Source of the DNA: a virus
Lineage: Duplodnaviria; Caudoviricetes
Length of the DNA: 25,421 bases
Strand: one strand, 5' to 3'
IMG/VR virus record: IMGVR_UViG_3300032233_001217
Span: 1 to 25,421 of that record
The notes beneath the pieces were generated by a model, which had not been told where the DNA came from, did not search any database, and saw only the letters and a program-made list of their open reading frames with translations. Shown in pieces: positions 16,029 through 24,591 of this stretch (the first letter of the stretch is position 1; each line of letters begins with the position of its first letter). The translations under genes were made by a program, and so were the position numbers.

Positions 16029-16348
16029 CAGTCCACGACCTCCGTGACCAGCAGCTCGTGCTCCTCGCGTCGGCCCCGCTCGACGACCGAGTCGATCTCG
16101 AACGTGCGGCTCTCGCTCACCAGCCGCATCTTCGGCTTCAGCCCAGGCGTGTACCGCATCCGCACCCGGTGCGTTACAGTGCCCTCGTTCTGCAGGCTGG
16201 CAACACGCTCGGCACCGGACAGCGGCAGCAGTGCGATCCACCTGGTGGCGAACGTCGAATAGGTGAACGTCGGCTCGCCGATGCTGTTGACGCCCTCGGT
16301 TGGCGACTGGATCTCGGCTCTCTGGTCCATGATGCCGGCTTTCAGCAT
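16028..16348 (-). CDS. Head closure protein (SPP1 gp16-like)
   Basis: MLKAGIMDQRAEIQ...PLSGAE...THRVRMRY..GLKPKMRL...FEIDSV. Confidence 0.85.
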   Translation of the reverse strand: MLKAGIMDQRAEIQSPTEGVNSIGEPTFTYSTFATRWIALLPLSGAERVASLQNEGTVTHRVRMRYTPGLKPKMRLVSESRTFEIDSVVERGRREEHELLVTEVVD

Positions 16349-16351
16349 GGC

Positions 16352-16765
16352 TCACGTCCCGTACAGCACGAGGGTGTAGGAGGCTGTGCCGGAGGTGAAC
16401 TGTGGCTCTAGGGTTATTGTCTGCCCAGCTGGTTTCCAGTCACACACAGCAGCATTGCCATTTGAGCGTGCGCGGCTGTACGTGTCGTCCTCGTCCGATG
16501 CCGTGCAATCTCGGCTGCACTGAAAAGCCAGCCGCGACACATTAGAGAACTGCACAACCTGCCCAGAAGCGTCGCGGTAAGTGAGTCCTGACGCGCAGTT
16601 TATGGACGTACCAGAGACGCCAATCGTGCCGGTAACGACTGCCACCTTGCCACTGCTGTAGCTGCTGGTGTCAACCAACGAAATCTTCTTCAGCGACTGC
16701 ACGCCCGTGGCGTCAGACGAGTCTGCGAAGTTCACGTCGATGGCGATGCGGCCTTCGATGCTCAT
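16352..16765 (-). CDS. Hypothetical beta-rich protein within the neck module
   Basis: 137 aa from ATG 16765 (ATGA overlap), S/T/G-rich. Sits between the connector and head-closure genes. Confidence 0.65.
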   Translation of the reverse strand: MSIEGRIAIDVNFADSSDATGVQSLKKISLVDTSSYSSGKVAVVTGTIGVSGTSINCASGLTYRDASGQVVQFSNVSRLAFQCSRDCTASDEDDTYSRARSNGNAAVCDWKPAGQTITLEPQFTSGTASYTLVLYGT

Positions 16766-17415
16766 GTGTACTGCTTCCACTTAAGAGGCTCGAGCAGCGC
16801 CGCCACACCCATCGGCACATTGTCGCCCACATTCCCTACCGCTTCACGGTTGGCGTACCAGTGACCGACCAGCATCTTGATCGCGTGTACAGCCGGCTTG
16901 GGCACATTGGCCGCCCCGCCGTAGCCGGCTAGGTACGTGATCTGCAAGCTCTTGTCGTCTACCCGCACGCTCGGCCACACGTTCAAGTACGTGGGGTAAA
17001 GTAACGCCGGCACGTGGTCCCGATCCAGCCGAAAGCCCTGCGTGCCCGACTGAGCCCACGTCAGCGTCTGCGTGGCACCGCCAGTGTCGACATACGAGAT
17101 AGTCACCGTGGCGCTCGCGGCAGTCGCGTTCAATCGCACTGGCGGGCGCGGAAGCTCAATGCGTGTCCCGAAAAAGTCATCGAACGCCACGGTGTACGTC
17201 TTGTCGGCGAATGTGCGGTCGCAGTAGTCCTCGCACCAGGTCGTCGCCGCGTCGATCAGCAGCCCGATGTATGAATCGTCATCGGTCGTATCGACAACTC
17301 GCAGATGCTCCTTGGCATCCGCCACGCTGACCGGACGGTCTCCGGTGCCGCTGGCGGTGCTGACCACCAGGCTGCGGTACTGGCTCGCAATCGTGCCCCG
17401 GTAGAACAGGCTCAT
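16762..17415 (-). CDS. Head-tail connector protein (gp6 / phiE125 gp8-like)
   Basis: PVSVADAKEHLRV..DDSYIGLLIDAATTWCEDYCDR...ITYLAGYG...AIKMLVGHWYANREAV...ALLEP. Confidence 0.9.
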   Translation of the reverse strand: MSLFYRGTIASQYRSLVVSTASGTGDRPVSVADAKEHLRVVDTTDDDSYIGLLIDAATTWCEDYCDRTFADKTYTVAFDDFFGTRIELPRPPVRLNATAASATVTISYVDTGGATQTLTWAQSGTQGFRLDRDHVPALLYPTYLNVWPSVRVDDKSLQITYLAGYGGAANVPKPAVHAIKMLVGHWYANREAVGNVGDNVPMGVAALLEPLKWKQYT

Positions 17416-17642
17416 TGGGCTTTCTTCCTGCGGCCTCGAGGAGCCTTGGCGACCGGCGCTACGGCCCGCTCCAGCTGCTCGGGCTCCGGGGCCGTGGCGA
17501 ACTCAATGACCGGCTCACGCACGATGTCGGCCTTACCGAAGAGCTCGAGCGAGCGGGCTACGCCCTTGGCGAACGTGTAGACGCGGCCCGTCTTGTACGC
17601 CCCGTAGGGCCGGCGGAACCGCACTTGTGCCGTCTCAATCAT
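17412..17642 (-). CDS. Small hypothetical head-module protein
   Basis: VRFRRPYGAYKTGRVYTF..GVARSLELFGKA with a basic tail. ATGA overlaps at both ends. Confidence 0.65.
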   Translation of the reverse strand: MIETAQVRFRRPYGAYKTGRVYTFAKGVARSLELFGKADIVREPVIEFATAPEPEQLERAVAPVAKAPRGRRKKAQ

Positions 17643-18406
17643 TGCCACACCTTTTCCGGCGGCTTGCCGCCACGGTCCCAGAAGTCACCAGGATGCTGGA
17701 CCAGCCCACGCATGTTCTGGTCGGGCCACTTGAACTGAACCTCGGCATGTCCGATGCACACCCGCGTGCAGACGCCTGCCTTCACGCCAGCCTTCTCGGC
17801 CACCTGCCAGAAGTGAATGTCGTCGTCGATCCGCTCTGGACCCCACTTGCCTTCTTTGTCGGGCTTTCCCAAAAACCACGGATGCGGCATCCGCTTGAGT
17901 GCCGCTGCCCTAATCATCGTGAATCCGAAGTGGGCCGTGTTGGCTTTGACGATGTTGTGCAGGATAAACCAGTCACGCGGGGCCTCGGCCATTCGCTCGC
18001 CGTTGGTCGCCGCCATGGTGAACAGCGGTTCGTCTGTGCGACGCTTCATCTGCAACGCCGCCACGACGTCGTAGTCACTGGCCGTGGCGTACTGCAGCAG
18101 GCGTGGAACCGCGTCTGCTTCAAAGATCGTGTCGTAGTCGAGCGTCAGAATCCACAGCGGTGGCTCCTTCGGATCGTCGTCGAGCTCGACCATGTCGGTG
18201 AGCACACGTTCCAAGCATTGGCCCCAGAAGGCACCCTCAAGCCGTACCGGCGAGATGCCGTACGGGATGAGGCCCCGAGGCCAGCAGAACATGTGGTCTT
18301 GCCAGCCGAGCCGAGGCACGGACATGGCACACATGACACGCACTGGCCCTGAGCCAGTGTCAAGCACGGCAGGCTTCACGCCCGCCACAGGTGACGCCGC
18401 GCCCAC
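17639..18406 (-). CDS. GT-A fold glycosyltransferase (family 2-like)
   Basis: WILTLDYDTIF (DxD), DVVAAL, AHFGFTMIRAAALKRMPHPWF, DDDIHFW, VCIGH. SD GAGGAGG. Confidence 0.75.
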   Translation of the reverse strand: MGAASPVAGVKPAVLDTGSGPVRVMCAMSVPRLGWQDHMFCWPRGLIPYGISPVRLEGAFWGQCLERVLTDMVELDDDPKEPPLWILTLDYDTIFEADAVPRLLQYATASDYDVVAALQMKRRTDEPLFTMAATNGERMAEAPRDWFILHNIVKANTAHFGFTMIRAAALKRMPHPWFLGKPDKEGKWGPERIDDDIHFWQVAEKAGVKAGVCTRVCIGHAEVQFKWPDQNMRGLVQHPGDFWDRGGKPPEKVWQ

Positions 18407-18448
18407 GGCATCCTCCTCTGGTTGGAGTAGTCGTCAATCAGCCAGCGA

Positions 18449-18904
18449 TCACTTGGTCACGAACGTCGTGACGTTCGCGTCGGTCGCATTCACGCAGCCC
18501 TTCTCGCCCTTGCCGAGCCGGGCTGCCACCACGATCGTGTTGTTGGAGGCATTCGCGGTGGCCGACGCACTGGGCGTCACAGACACCTGCACATACCGCC
18601 GCAGATCCTTGGTCGAGAAGTTGAACCGCGTGACGTTGACCGTGGCGGTGTTGGCCACGCCAGCAAGCGTGTAGTCGGTTCCCTGCACCAGACCGCTGAT
18701 CGTGGTGTAGGAGCCGTCCGTGTCGCTGTGCTGCACCGTCACCACGCTCGGGGCCGAGGTGTGTGCAATCGACCGGTAACCGACGTCGATGCTGACCTGG
18801 TCGAAGCCAAGGCAGTCGATGGCGACCGTGTGCGTGCCGTTGGAGGCAACGCCAGCGGCGGCAGACAGGCTCACAACACTCTTGCTGTTTGCAACGGGGT
18901 GCAT
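18449..18904 (-). CDS. Putative capsid decoration / cement protein
   Basis: AIDCLGFDQV...VTVQHSDTDGSYTTI...LRRYVQVSVTP, directly after the major capsid gene. Confidence 0.65.
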   Translation of the reverse strand: MHPVANSKSVVSLSAAAGVASNGTHTVAIDCLGFDQVSIDVGYRSIAHTSAPSVVTVQHSDTDGSYTTISGLVQGTDYTLAGVANTATVNVTRFNFSTKDLRRYVQVSVTPSASATANASNNTIVVAARLGKGEKGCVNATDANVTTFVTK

Positions 18905-18937
18905 GTCAGGGTCTCTCCTTGGAAATCAATCAGTGTG

Positions 18938-20221
18938 TCAGAGCCGCAGCGAGACAACGGGGCCGGCGTTGGTCGCGTCGCCGATGTCAGAGGTGACCAC
19001 GTCGAACCGGACAGACGCCACGAAGTAGGTCTGATCGAACTCGATGTAGCGGTCGGTAGAGGCACGCACGGCGATCTGCGACCGCAGGCCGAAGTGCGTG
19101 GACATCTTCATGTCACCGAACAGGGCAATCACCTGGTCGCTGGTCGGGGCCGTCCGCATGCTGTTGTTGAAGTAGACGGGGTAGCCGAGGAACCGACCCT
19201 CGCTGACGCCGCCAGCGATCTCGGCAGCCGACAGACCCTTCTCAAGCATCAGGGGCAGCATGCAGGTGCTGTAAACCTGCGGAGTCACGTACCAAGCCGC
19301 GGTGGGCCGGGCGTAGCTGGGCAGCTTGCCGACCGTCTCGACGAAGTCGTCGATGGTCAGGGCCGAGAGCGAGCTCTCGCCGGAGTCGTTCTCGCCAGCA
19401 AGCGACTCGTTCTCAAACCGCCACTGGATGCCACGGATGCCGCCGTGCGTCGAAGTGCCGTCACCAGCGAAGCCGGCGTCGTCGATCTTGCGGCTTAGGG
19501 CCAGGGCGAACTCCTGAGCCACGAGGCCGGCCAGGTCGATGACCGAGTCTTCGATCAGGCTGTTGGGCACGCGGGTCGCCACGCGGCAGTCCTTCGTGGA
19601 CAGCAGCACGTTGTCGGTCGCCATGTCACTGGCGGTCGTCTCGGTGTTGTCGTTCACGAAGTAGGCAGTGTTGCCGCCAGTCCGACGCGGGATGTAGAGC
19701 GTGTTGCTCGACATCGGAATCACGTTGGCCTGCTGCGGGATCGCGGTGAACTGATCGACCAGGCGGATCACGGTCGAGGCGAACGTCTCGGGGATGAACA
19801 CCGCACCCTTGGCGTTGTCGTTGCTCGACAGCGCCCGCTCTTCGACGTTCCGCTCGTACCACGCACGATCCTCAGTGCGGTTGAGCAGGAAGCCGCGAAT
19901 CCAACGGCCGCAGACCTCGGCATCGTCAGCCGACGCGAAGCCACGGACCCGGCCGACGTGCGGCATCTTGCGAGCGACGGGAGCCTCGGCCTCAACGGCC
20001 ACGGGCTTGGCCGACGCGGCGACCTTGCCACGCAGGCTGGCGATCTTCTCGGCGATGGCGGTTTCCTGGGCGAGCCGCTGCTCGAGCTCGGCCGCCTCGG
20101 CGGTCAGCTTCTCGACGTCGGCCACCTGGCCTTCGGTGCGATCCTCGACCTTGGACAGGTCGTCGAGCATGGCAGCCACAGCGGCTGCACGGTCTTGGAG
20201 CTTGTTGAGCGAGGCGGCCAT
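18938..20221 (-). CDS. Major capsid protein, HK97 family (with N-terminal coiled-coil delta domain)
   Basis: GAVFIPETF...VPNSLIEDSVIDL...GDG...GRFLGYPVYFNNSM...LFGDM...RFD. ATG 20221 with SD AAGGGAG. Confidence 0.93.
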   Translation of the reverse strand: MAASLNKLQDRAAAVAAMLDDLSKVEDRTEGQVADVEKLTAEAAELEQRLAQETAIAEKIASLRGKVAASAKPVAVEAEAPVARKMPHVGRVRGFASADDAEVCGRWIRGFLLNRTEDRAWYERNVEERALSSNDNAKGAVFIPETFASTVIRLVDQFTAIPQQANVIPMSSNTLYIPRRTGGNTAYFVNDNTETTASDMATDNVLLSTKDCRVATRVPNSLIEDSVIDLAGLVAQEFALALSRKIDDAGFAGDGTSTHGGIRGIQWRFENESLAGENDSGESSLSALTIDDFVETVGKLPSYARPTAAWYVTPQVYSTCMLPLMLEKGLSAAEIAGGVSEGRFLGYPVYFNNSMRTAPTSDQVIALFGDMKMSTHFGLRSQIAVRASTDRYIEFDQTYFVASVRFDVVTSDIGDATNAGPVVSLRL

Positions 20222-20263
20222 CCTTGGCACTCCCTTATCGGGTGACAGATCCGTGTCTGTCAC
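20216..20263 (-). promoter_or_regulatory. CsrA-type GGA hairpins in the capsid translation initiation region
   Basis: Perfect 8-bp stem GTGACAGA-CACGGA-TCTGTCAC (20242-20263), AGGGA in the SD, and GCC-AAGGAT-GGC overlapping the ATG. Confidence 0.45.
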
Positions 20264-20293
20264 TCACGCTACGGGACGCAGGCCGCTAAGCCA

Positions 20294-20482
20294 TCAAGGT
20301 TGTTTGTACGGTACAAAAGACCGACGCCACACAGTCAGCGCTGGCACGATGGCCTTGGCCTTGTACTCGCACGTCTGGCACTCCAAATACCGCACCTGAC
20401 GCTGTTCGTCGAGTGGGTGACTGGAGCGTGTACGGATGCGTCCCTTCCCACATTTGGGGCAGGGATCACCGGGCTTTGCCAC
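20294..20482 (-). CDS. Ogr/Delta-like zinc finger protein
   Basis: CPKCGKGRIRTRSSH...RQVRYLECQTC. GTG 20482 with SD AGGAG. Confidence 0.7.
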   Translation of the reverse strand: MAKPGDPCPKCGKGRIRTRSSHPLDEQRQVRYLECQTCEYKAKAIVPALTVWRRSFVPYKQP

Positions 20483-20627
20483 GCATGAAGCTCCTGAGTC
20501 GCGCGGCTCGAAGCCGCATGGATGCCTTGACGACGTCGGGTCCGACCTCGCGTGGCATCGACTCAGGTGTAGCTTGCTCGGCAAGCCACAGCACGGGCGA
20601 CATCATGGCCACTACGAACGCTCTCAC
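20466..20627 (-). CDS. 53-aa orphan paralogue of the prohead protease C-terminal segment
   Basis: Not in the ORF track. MRAFVVAMMSPVLWLAEQATPESMPREVGPDVVKASMRLRAARLRSFMRGKAR aligns with protease VAMRSYQAWLEEQ and AAIRLTSARLKSFVR. GTGA coupling to the protease stop. Confidence 0.55.
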   Translation of the reverse strand: MRAFVVAMMSPVLWLAEQATPESMPREVGPDVVKASMRLRAARLRSFMRGKAR

Positions 20628-22018
20628 GATTGATTGCCGTACACCAAGTCCTTGACTTCATCTGCGGTTGCCAAGGCGCTATGTCCCTTGGAATCAGTCA
20701 GGGTCACCATGGAAACCCAACCCTTGCCAACCTTCTTCGTGACGGTTGGGCCAACCTTGTAGCCCAGTTGCTTAAGTGCAGTCGTCGACTGATCGATGGT
20801 CAGTCGCTTCTTGTCCTTGGGGATTTTCACGTTGTGCTTTGCAGCAGGTGCTTGCAAGCCTCCAGGGCCAGGGCCAGCACCAGGAGCAGGGCCACCGCCA
20901 TCACTGCCGGACCCGCCGGACTCGCCAGACCCGGAATCTCCAGATCCACCACCCTTCCCGCACGTGTTGCCTGATTGAAAGCCGCCGCTGCCAGTACCGC
21001 AGTTACGTACGAACGACTTCAGGCGAGCAGACGTCAGCCGAATGGCGGCACTCATGGCCGCCGCCGCTTGCTGCTTGCGTGCTTGCTCAGCCACGCCATC
21101 AATCTTCTCGCATCCACATCGCTGCTCTTCCAGCCATGCCTGGTACGACCTCATGGCCACCGCAGCAGACGTAGACGGGTACGCCGGCTGCACCACTGGT
21201 CCCATCTCAAAAAGTCCAGCGGCTTCCACGACCTCTCGGATCGCCTTGCCTGTCTCGTCTGTCGTGAAGCGCTCGCCGCCACGCTGCGAAACCGTGAACG
21301 AAAAGCTGCTGCCACGCAGATTTTTTGAACGCACGAGCGCAAGGACATCACGGCCAGCCTGCGTGTCTGGCGGCTCCACGACGTAACTGATGCCGCGATC
21401 ATCGACGCTGATCTCAAGCGTGCCCGCAGACTCGCGTCCGAGCAGCCAGTTTGGGTCGTGGTTGAAATACGACACGATCTCGCCCTTGCCTCGCTGGCGG
21501 CGCAGGATCTTGTCGAACGCACCGGGCATAATCCGCTCCCGGAACCCTCCCAAGTCAACGCTGAGGCGGTTGTAGGGAATCGCCAGCCCGCGAATGACCT
21601 CGCGGCCGTTCGACCTCGTCTCGACGACGATCTCGTCATCAGCGTCAAAGCACACGTCACGCTTTTCAATCATGCCTTCCATGGCATTACTCCTGTCGTC
21701 TTCGCGGTCTAGTTGTTCGACCTTCCTGGCAGACCACTGCTGGCCAGCGTCACCCGACCACAGCATCCACGCCACGAAGCCCGGCGTTTCCTCGCCTTGC
21801 TTGTTCCAGTCGGGCCGCCTGTCGGACTCGTGCCGGGCGAACCACGCATTCATCTCTCGAACGTGGTCCTCTGTGAGCTCCTGGCGGGCAGCGATGATGT
21901 TGGCACGCCGGACGGTCTCGGGCTTGAGCCCGTCGCCGCTCTTGCCTTCGTTGTGCAGCCGCAGCCCCGTACGGGCCGCCTCTGCCATGCCGGCCGTGGG
22001 CTTAAGGTCAACCGCCAT
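20624..22018 (-). CDS. HK97-family prohead protease (S78) with extra N- and C-terminal domains
   Basis: Core GLAIPYN...DLGGFRERIMPGAF...FNHD..LLGR...GSSFSF...EMGPVVQPAYP. About 110-aa N-terminal domain (AWFARH...GFVAWMLWSGDAG). C-terminal CGTGSGGFQSGNTCG, Gly linker and basic domain. Confidence 0.88.
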   Translation of the reverse strand: MAVDLKPTAGMAEAARTGLRLHNEGKSGDGLKPETVRRANIIAARQELTEDHVREMNAWFARHESDRRPDWNKQGEETPGFVAWMLWSGDAGQQWSARKVEQLDREDDRSNAMEGMIEKRDVCFDADDEIVVETRSNGREVIRGLAIPYNRLSVDLGGFRERIMPGAFDKILRRQRGKGEIVSYFNHDPNWLLGRESAGTLEISVDDRGISYVVEPPDTQAGRDVLALVRSKNLRGSSFSFTVSQRGGERFTTDETGKAIREVVEAAGLFEMGPVVQPAYPSTSAAVAMRSYQAWLEEQRCGCEKIDGVAEQARKQQAAAAMSAAIRLTSARLKSFVRNCGTGSGGFQSGNTCGKGGGSGDSGSGESGGSGSDGGGPAPGAGPGPGGLQAPAAKHNVKIPKDKKRLTIDQSTTALKQLGYKVGPTVTKKVGKGWVSMVTLTDSKGHSALATADEVKDLVYGNQS

Positions 22019-23246
22019 TTGGAATGTCCCCCTGATCGTCTGCCGGCTGATCAGCAGGAGCGACGTCGGCAGGCGGCGCTGCCGGCTGAGCGTCAGGCGC
22101 TGGCGGCGTCTCGTCTTCCGGCATCGGCCCGAGGTTCTCCTTTTGCCGCACTTCCTCGGGCGTCATCCAGCCATTCCGAACGGCAACCTCGTACGCCTGG
22201 TAGCGGGTCGTGATGTCGCTACGCAGCAAGCCCTCGACCAAGAACTCCGCGTACAGCTCGTCATCGTCGCCGATGATGTCCCGCTCGATGGCACCTTCGA
22301 TGCGACGCAGCCAGGGCTGGATGGTGAACTTCTCGAAGCTCACCATCTCGCTGGCAAGGTTGCCCCACGTGGCCCGGCCCAACTCCTGCACCATGTGTGG
22401 CGGCATCTTCCAGATCCGGCACACGGCCAGCAGCGCCTGCATCCAGAGCTCGGCCAGTTGGCTCTCTTGGTTGGTCGCCGAGACGGTATCGACCTTGAGG
22501 CCGTTAGAGAGCACCGCCACCTCGCCGGCCCGAGACGGGCCACGGTGACGGTTGTTCCACTGCTCACGCAGCTGCTCGCGGACCTCGCGTGGCAGGGCCT
22601 GCTCGGTGTGCAGCACCACGCCCGGCTGAGCGTTGTTGCGGTAGAACGTGGCGGCGTACTGCTCAAGCGACCGGGCCAGGCTAATCGCGTCCTTGCCGAG
22701 ATCCACGGGCACGGCACCGTTAATGCCGTCGAACGACAGCCACCGCACGTGCATGATCTGGTCGTCGCGGTAGACCACCTGGCGGCCAGTGCCCGGCACG
22801 CGGTACAGGTACGTCAGCGTCTTGTCGTCTTCCTGCCTCACCTCCATGCCAGACGGGTGCAGCGGGTGCAGCTCGGTCACGCTGCCGGCCGCACCGGGCA
22901 CCTTGAGGTTGTAAGCCGACCCGTAGAAGCCCAGGTGCAGGCACATGCCCTCTACCCACTCGTAGCGTGTCTGCCACGAGTTGGGCCGCTTGGCCAGCAC
23001 GCGGTACAGCGGCAGGTTGCGGGCTCGCTCGACTCGCTCATCATCAATCCGGCGGTACAGGTGCAGCGGCAGGCTGGCGACGGTCTCGGCGATCACGCGA
23101 GCACAGGCGAACCAGATGCTCGTCTTCATCGCCGTCTCAGGCGTGACCCGCACGCCCTGGTCGCCGGCGAGCATCACCAGATCGTCCCAGCGGCTCGTCC
23201 GCTCCTCGAGCCACTTGATCTCAGGGACGGCGGTCTCTGTGCTCAT
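22008..23246 (-). CDS. Portal protein, HK97 family
   Basis: ACARVIAETVASLPLHLY...RPNSWQT...IMHVR..SFDGINGAVP...N.AQPGVVL...PWLRRIE...GWMTPEEVRQKENL. Confidence 0.95.
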   Translation of the reverse strand: MSTETAVPEIKWLEERTSRWDDLVMLAGDQGVRVTPETAMKTSIWFACARVIAETVASLPLHLYRRIDDERVERARNLPLYRVLAKRPNSWQTRYEWVEGMCLHLGFYGSAYNLKVPGAAGSVTELHPLHPSGMEVRQEDDKTLTYLYRVPGTGRQVVYRDDQIMHVRWLSFDGINGAVPVDLGKDAISLARSLEQYAATFYRNNAQPGVVLHTEQALPREVREQLREQWNNRHRGPSRAGEVAVLSNGLKVDTVSATNQESQLAELWMQALLAVCRIWKMPPHMVQELGRATWGNLASEMVSFEKFTIQPWLRRIEGAIERDIIGDDDELYAEFLVEGLLRSDITTRYQAYEVAVRNGWMTPEEVRQKENLGPMPEDETPPAPDAQPAAPPADVAPADQPADDQGDIPNGG

Positions 23247-23250
23247 AGCC

Positions 23251-24591
23251 TCACCAGAAGGAGATTTCCGGCATCTCAGTCGGCTTCTGCTGCTCGCCCA
23301 TGTGGATGCCGCACGCCATGGCCAACGCGACCGACCCGTCGATACGCTCGGTGCTCTTGGCCTTGGACAGCTTGACGTTACCCGAGGCGTCCATCTGCAC
23401 GGCCGCGTTGCCTAGTTGCCAGCCTAGCAGCCTGTTTCCCGCAAGCCGCAGTTTTCCCTCGACTAACAACGCCTCGAGACGCTTGGTCGGCGAGCTCATC
23501 GACGCGAACCCTTGCCCGAACATCACGACCGGCAAGCCCTCGCCGGCGAGCTGCTGGGCGAGCATGGTGGCGTTCCATCTGTCGATGCCCAGCCCGCGAC
23601 AGCGGTGCCTCTCGCAGAAGGCCATGATGTCGCGCTGAATGACGCTGTAGTCGGTGCTGCGGCCGTCAGTGATCGTCAGCCACCCATCGCGGGCCCACTG
23701 CGAGTAGGGCACCCGGTCTTCACGCTCGCGCCGGGCGGCGTTCTCGCCTGGAATCCAGAAGTGTGCGTAGACGTCGACGTGCCCGTCATCGGCCGGGAAC
23801 CACGCCACAAACGCTGACGTGTCGAACGTGCTGGCCAGGTCGAGCCCGGCCCAGAACTCCCGGCCCTCGAGCGGCTCGGGCGGGCCACCCATGCACGTCT
23901 CGATCTGGTCGGGCCGCACCCACTTCACATCGGTGGTGGTAGGCACGTTGAGCCGATACCGCAGGAAAGATGAGAGCTTTGTTGCCGAGTTGGCCGCCTC
24001 GCGGCAGTCGGCTGCGAAAGACTCCTCGCTGATGGTCTCGCCCAAAGACGGATTTGCACGGTGCCAAACTTTGGGCGACTGCCAGTCATCCTCCCGGTCG
24101 GCAGCGTAGATGCACCCGAAGAAGCTCGGGTCGAAGGTCGGGTCGGCGATGCACCGCTCGGCGTAGTCGTGCTGCTCCCACCAAAGGTGTGACTTGTTGA
24201 ACTCGCCGGCCGTCGTGATTGACAGCACCAGCGGCTGCCGCCGGGCCGCACCGCCGTATCGCAGGGCATCCCACAGCCGGCGGTCCCCGCGCTGGGCGTG
24301 CAGCTCGTCGAACAGCAGGCAGTGAATGTTGAGACCCTCGGCCCGGAACGCATCCGCCGAGAGCACCCGATAGAACGAGTTGCTGGCCCGGTGAATGATG
24401 CTCTTCCGGCTGTCGACCACCTCGAGCACCTTGCTCAGCGCTGGCGACGAGCGGACCATCGACGCCGCCTCGCGGTAGATGATCCCGGCTTGCTCGCGGT
24501 CGCTGGCCGCACCGTAGATCTCGGCCCCCGGCTCGCCATCTGCCAGGAGCACGTACAGGCTGATGCCAGCCAGCAGAGTTGACTTGCCGTT
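23251..24591 (-). CDS. terL: Terminase large subunit, 3' segment
   Basis: The frame is open upstream of the ORF-track GTG and reads NGKSTLLAGISLYVLLADGE...AASDREQA...LLFDELH (Walker B)...ITTAG...GLDLAS...RIDGSVA. It lacks the N-terminus and first half of Walker A. Confidence 0.92.
   Translation of the reverse strand, partial: NGKSTLLAGISLYVLLADGEPGAEIYGAASDREQAGIIYREAASMVRSSPALSKVLEVVDSRKSIIHRASNSFYRVLSADAFRAEGLNIHCLLFDELHAQRGDRRLWDALRYGGAARRQPLVLSITTAGEFNKSHLWWEQHDYAERCIADPTFDPSFFGCIYAADREDDWQSPKVWHRANPSLGETISEESFAADCREAANSATKLSSFLRYRLNVPTTTDVKWVRPDQIETCMGGPPEPLEGREFWAGLDLASTFDTSAFVAWFPADDGHVDVYAHFWIPGENAARREREDRVPYSQWARDGWLTITDGRSTDYSVIQRDIMAFCERHRCRGLGIDRWNATMLAQQLAGEGLPVVMFGQGFASMSSPTKRLEALLVEGKLRLAGNRLLGWQLGNAAVQMDASGNVKLSKAKSTERIDGSVALAMACGIHMGEQQKPTEMPEISFW

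Noticed and set aside
21594-23375. 593-aa plus-strand ORF and other long antisense ORFs (1708-2748, 3784-4716, 10673-11575, 17627-18352, 18728-19498)
   Set aside because: These are shadow ORFs opposite well-supported genes in GC-rich DNA. They have low-complexity S/R/A composition and no recognisable motifs.
23251-24552. Stand-alone 433-aa TerL starting at GTG 24552
   Set aside because: It would lack the Walker A motif and the N-terminal adenine-binding region, which are encoded upstream across the insert.
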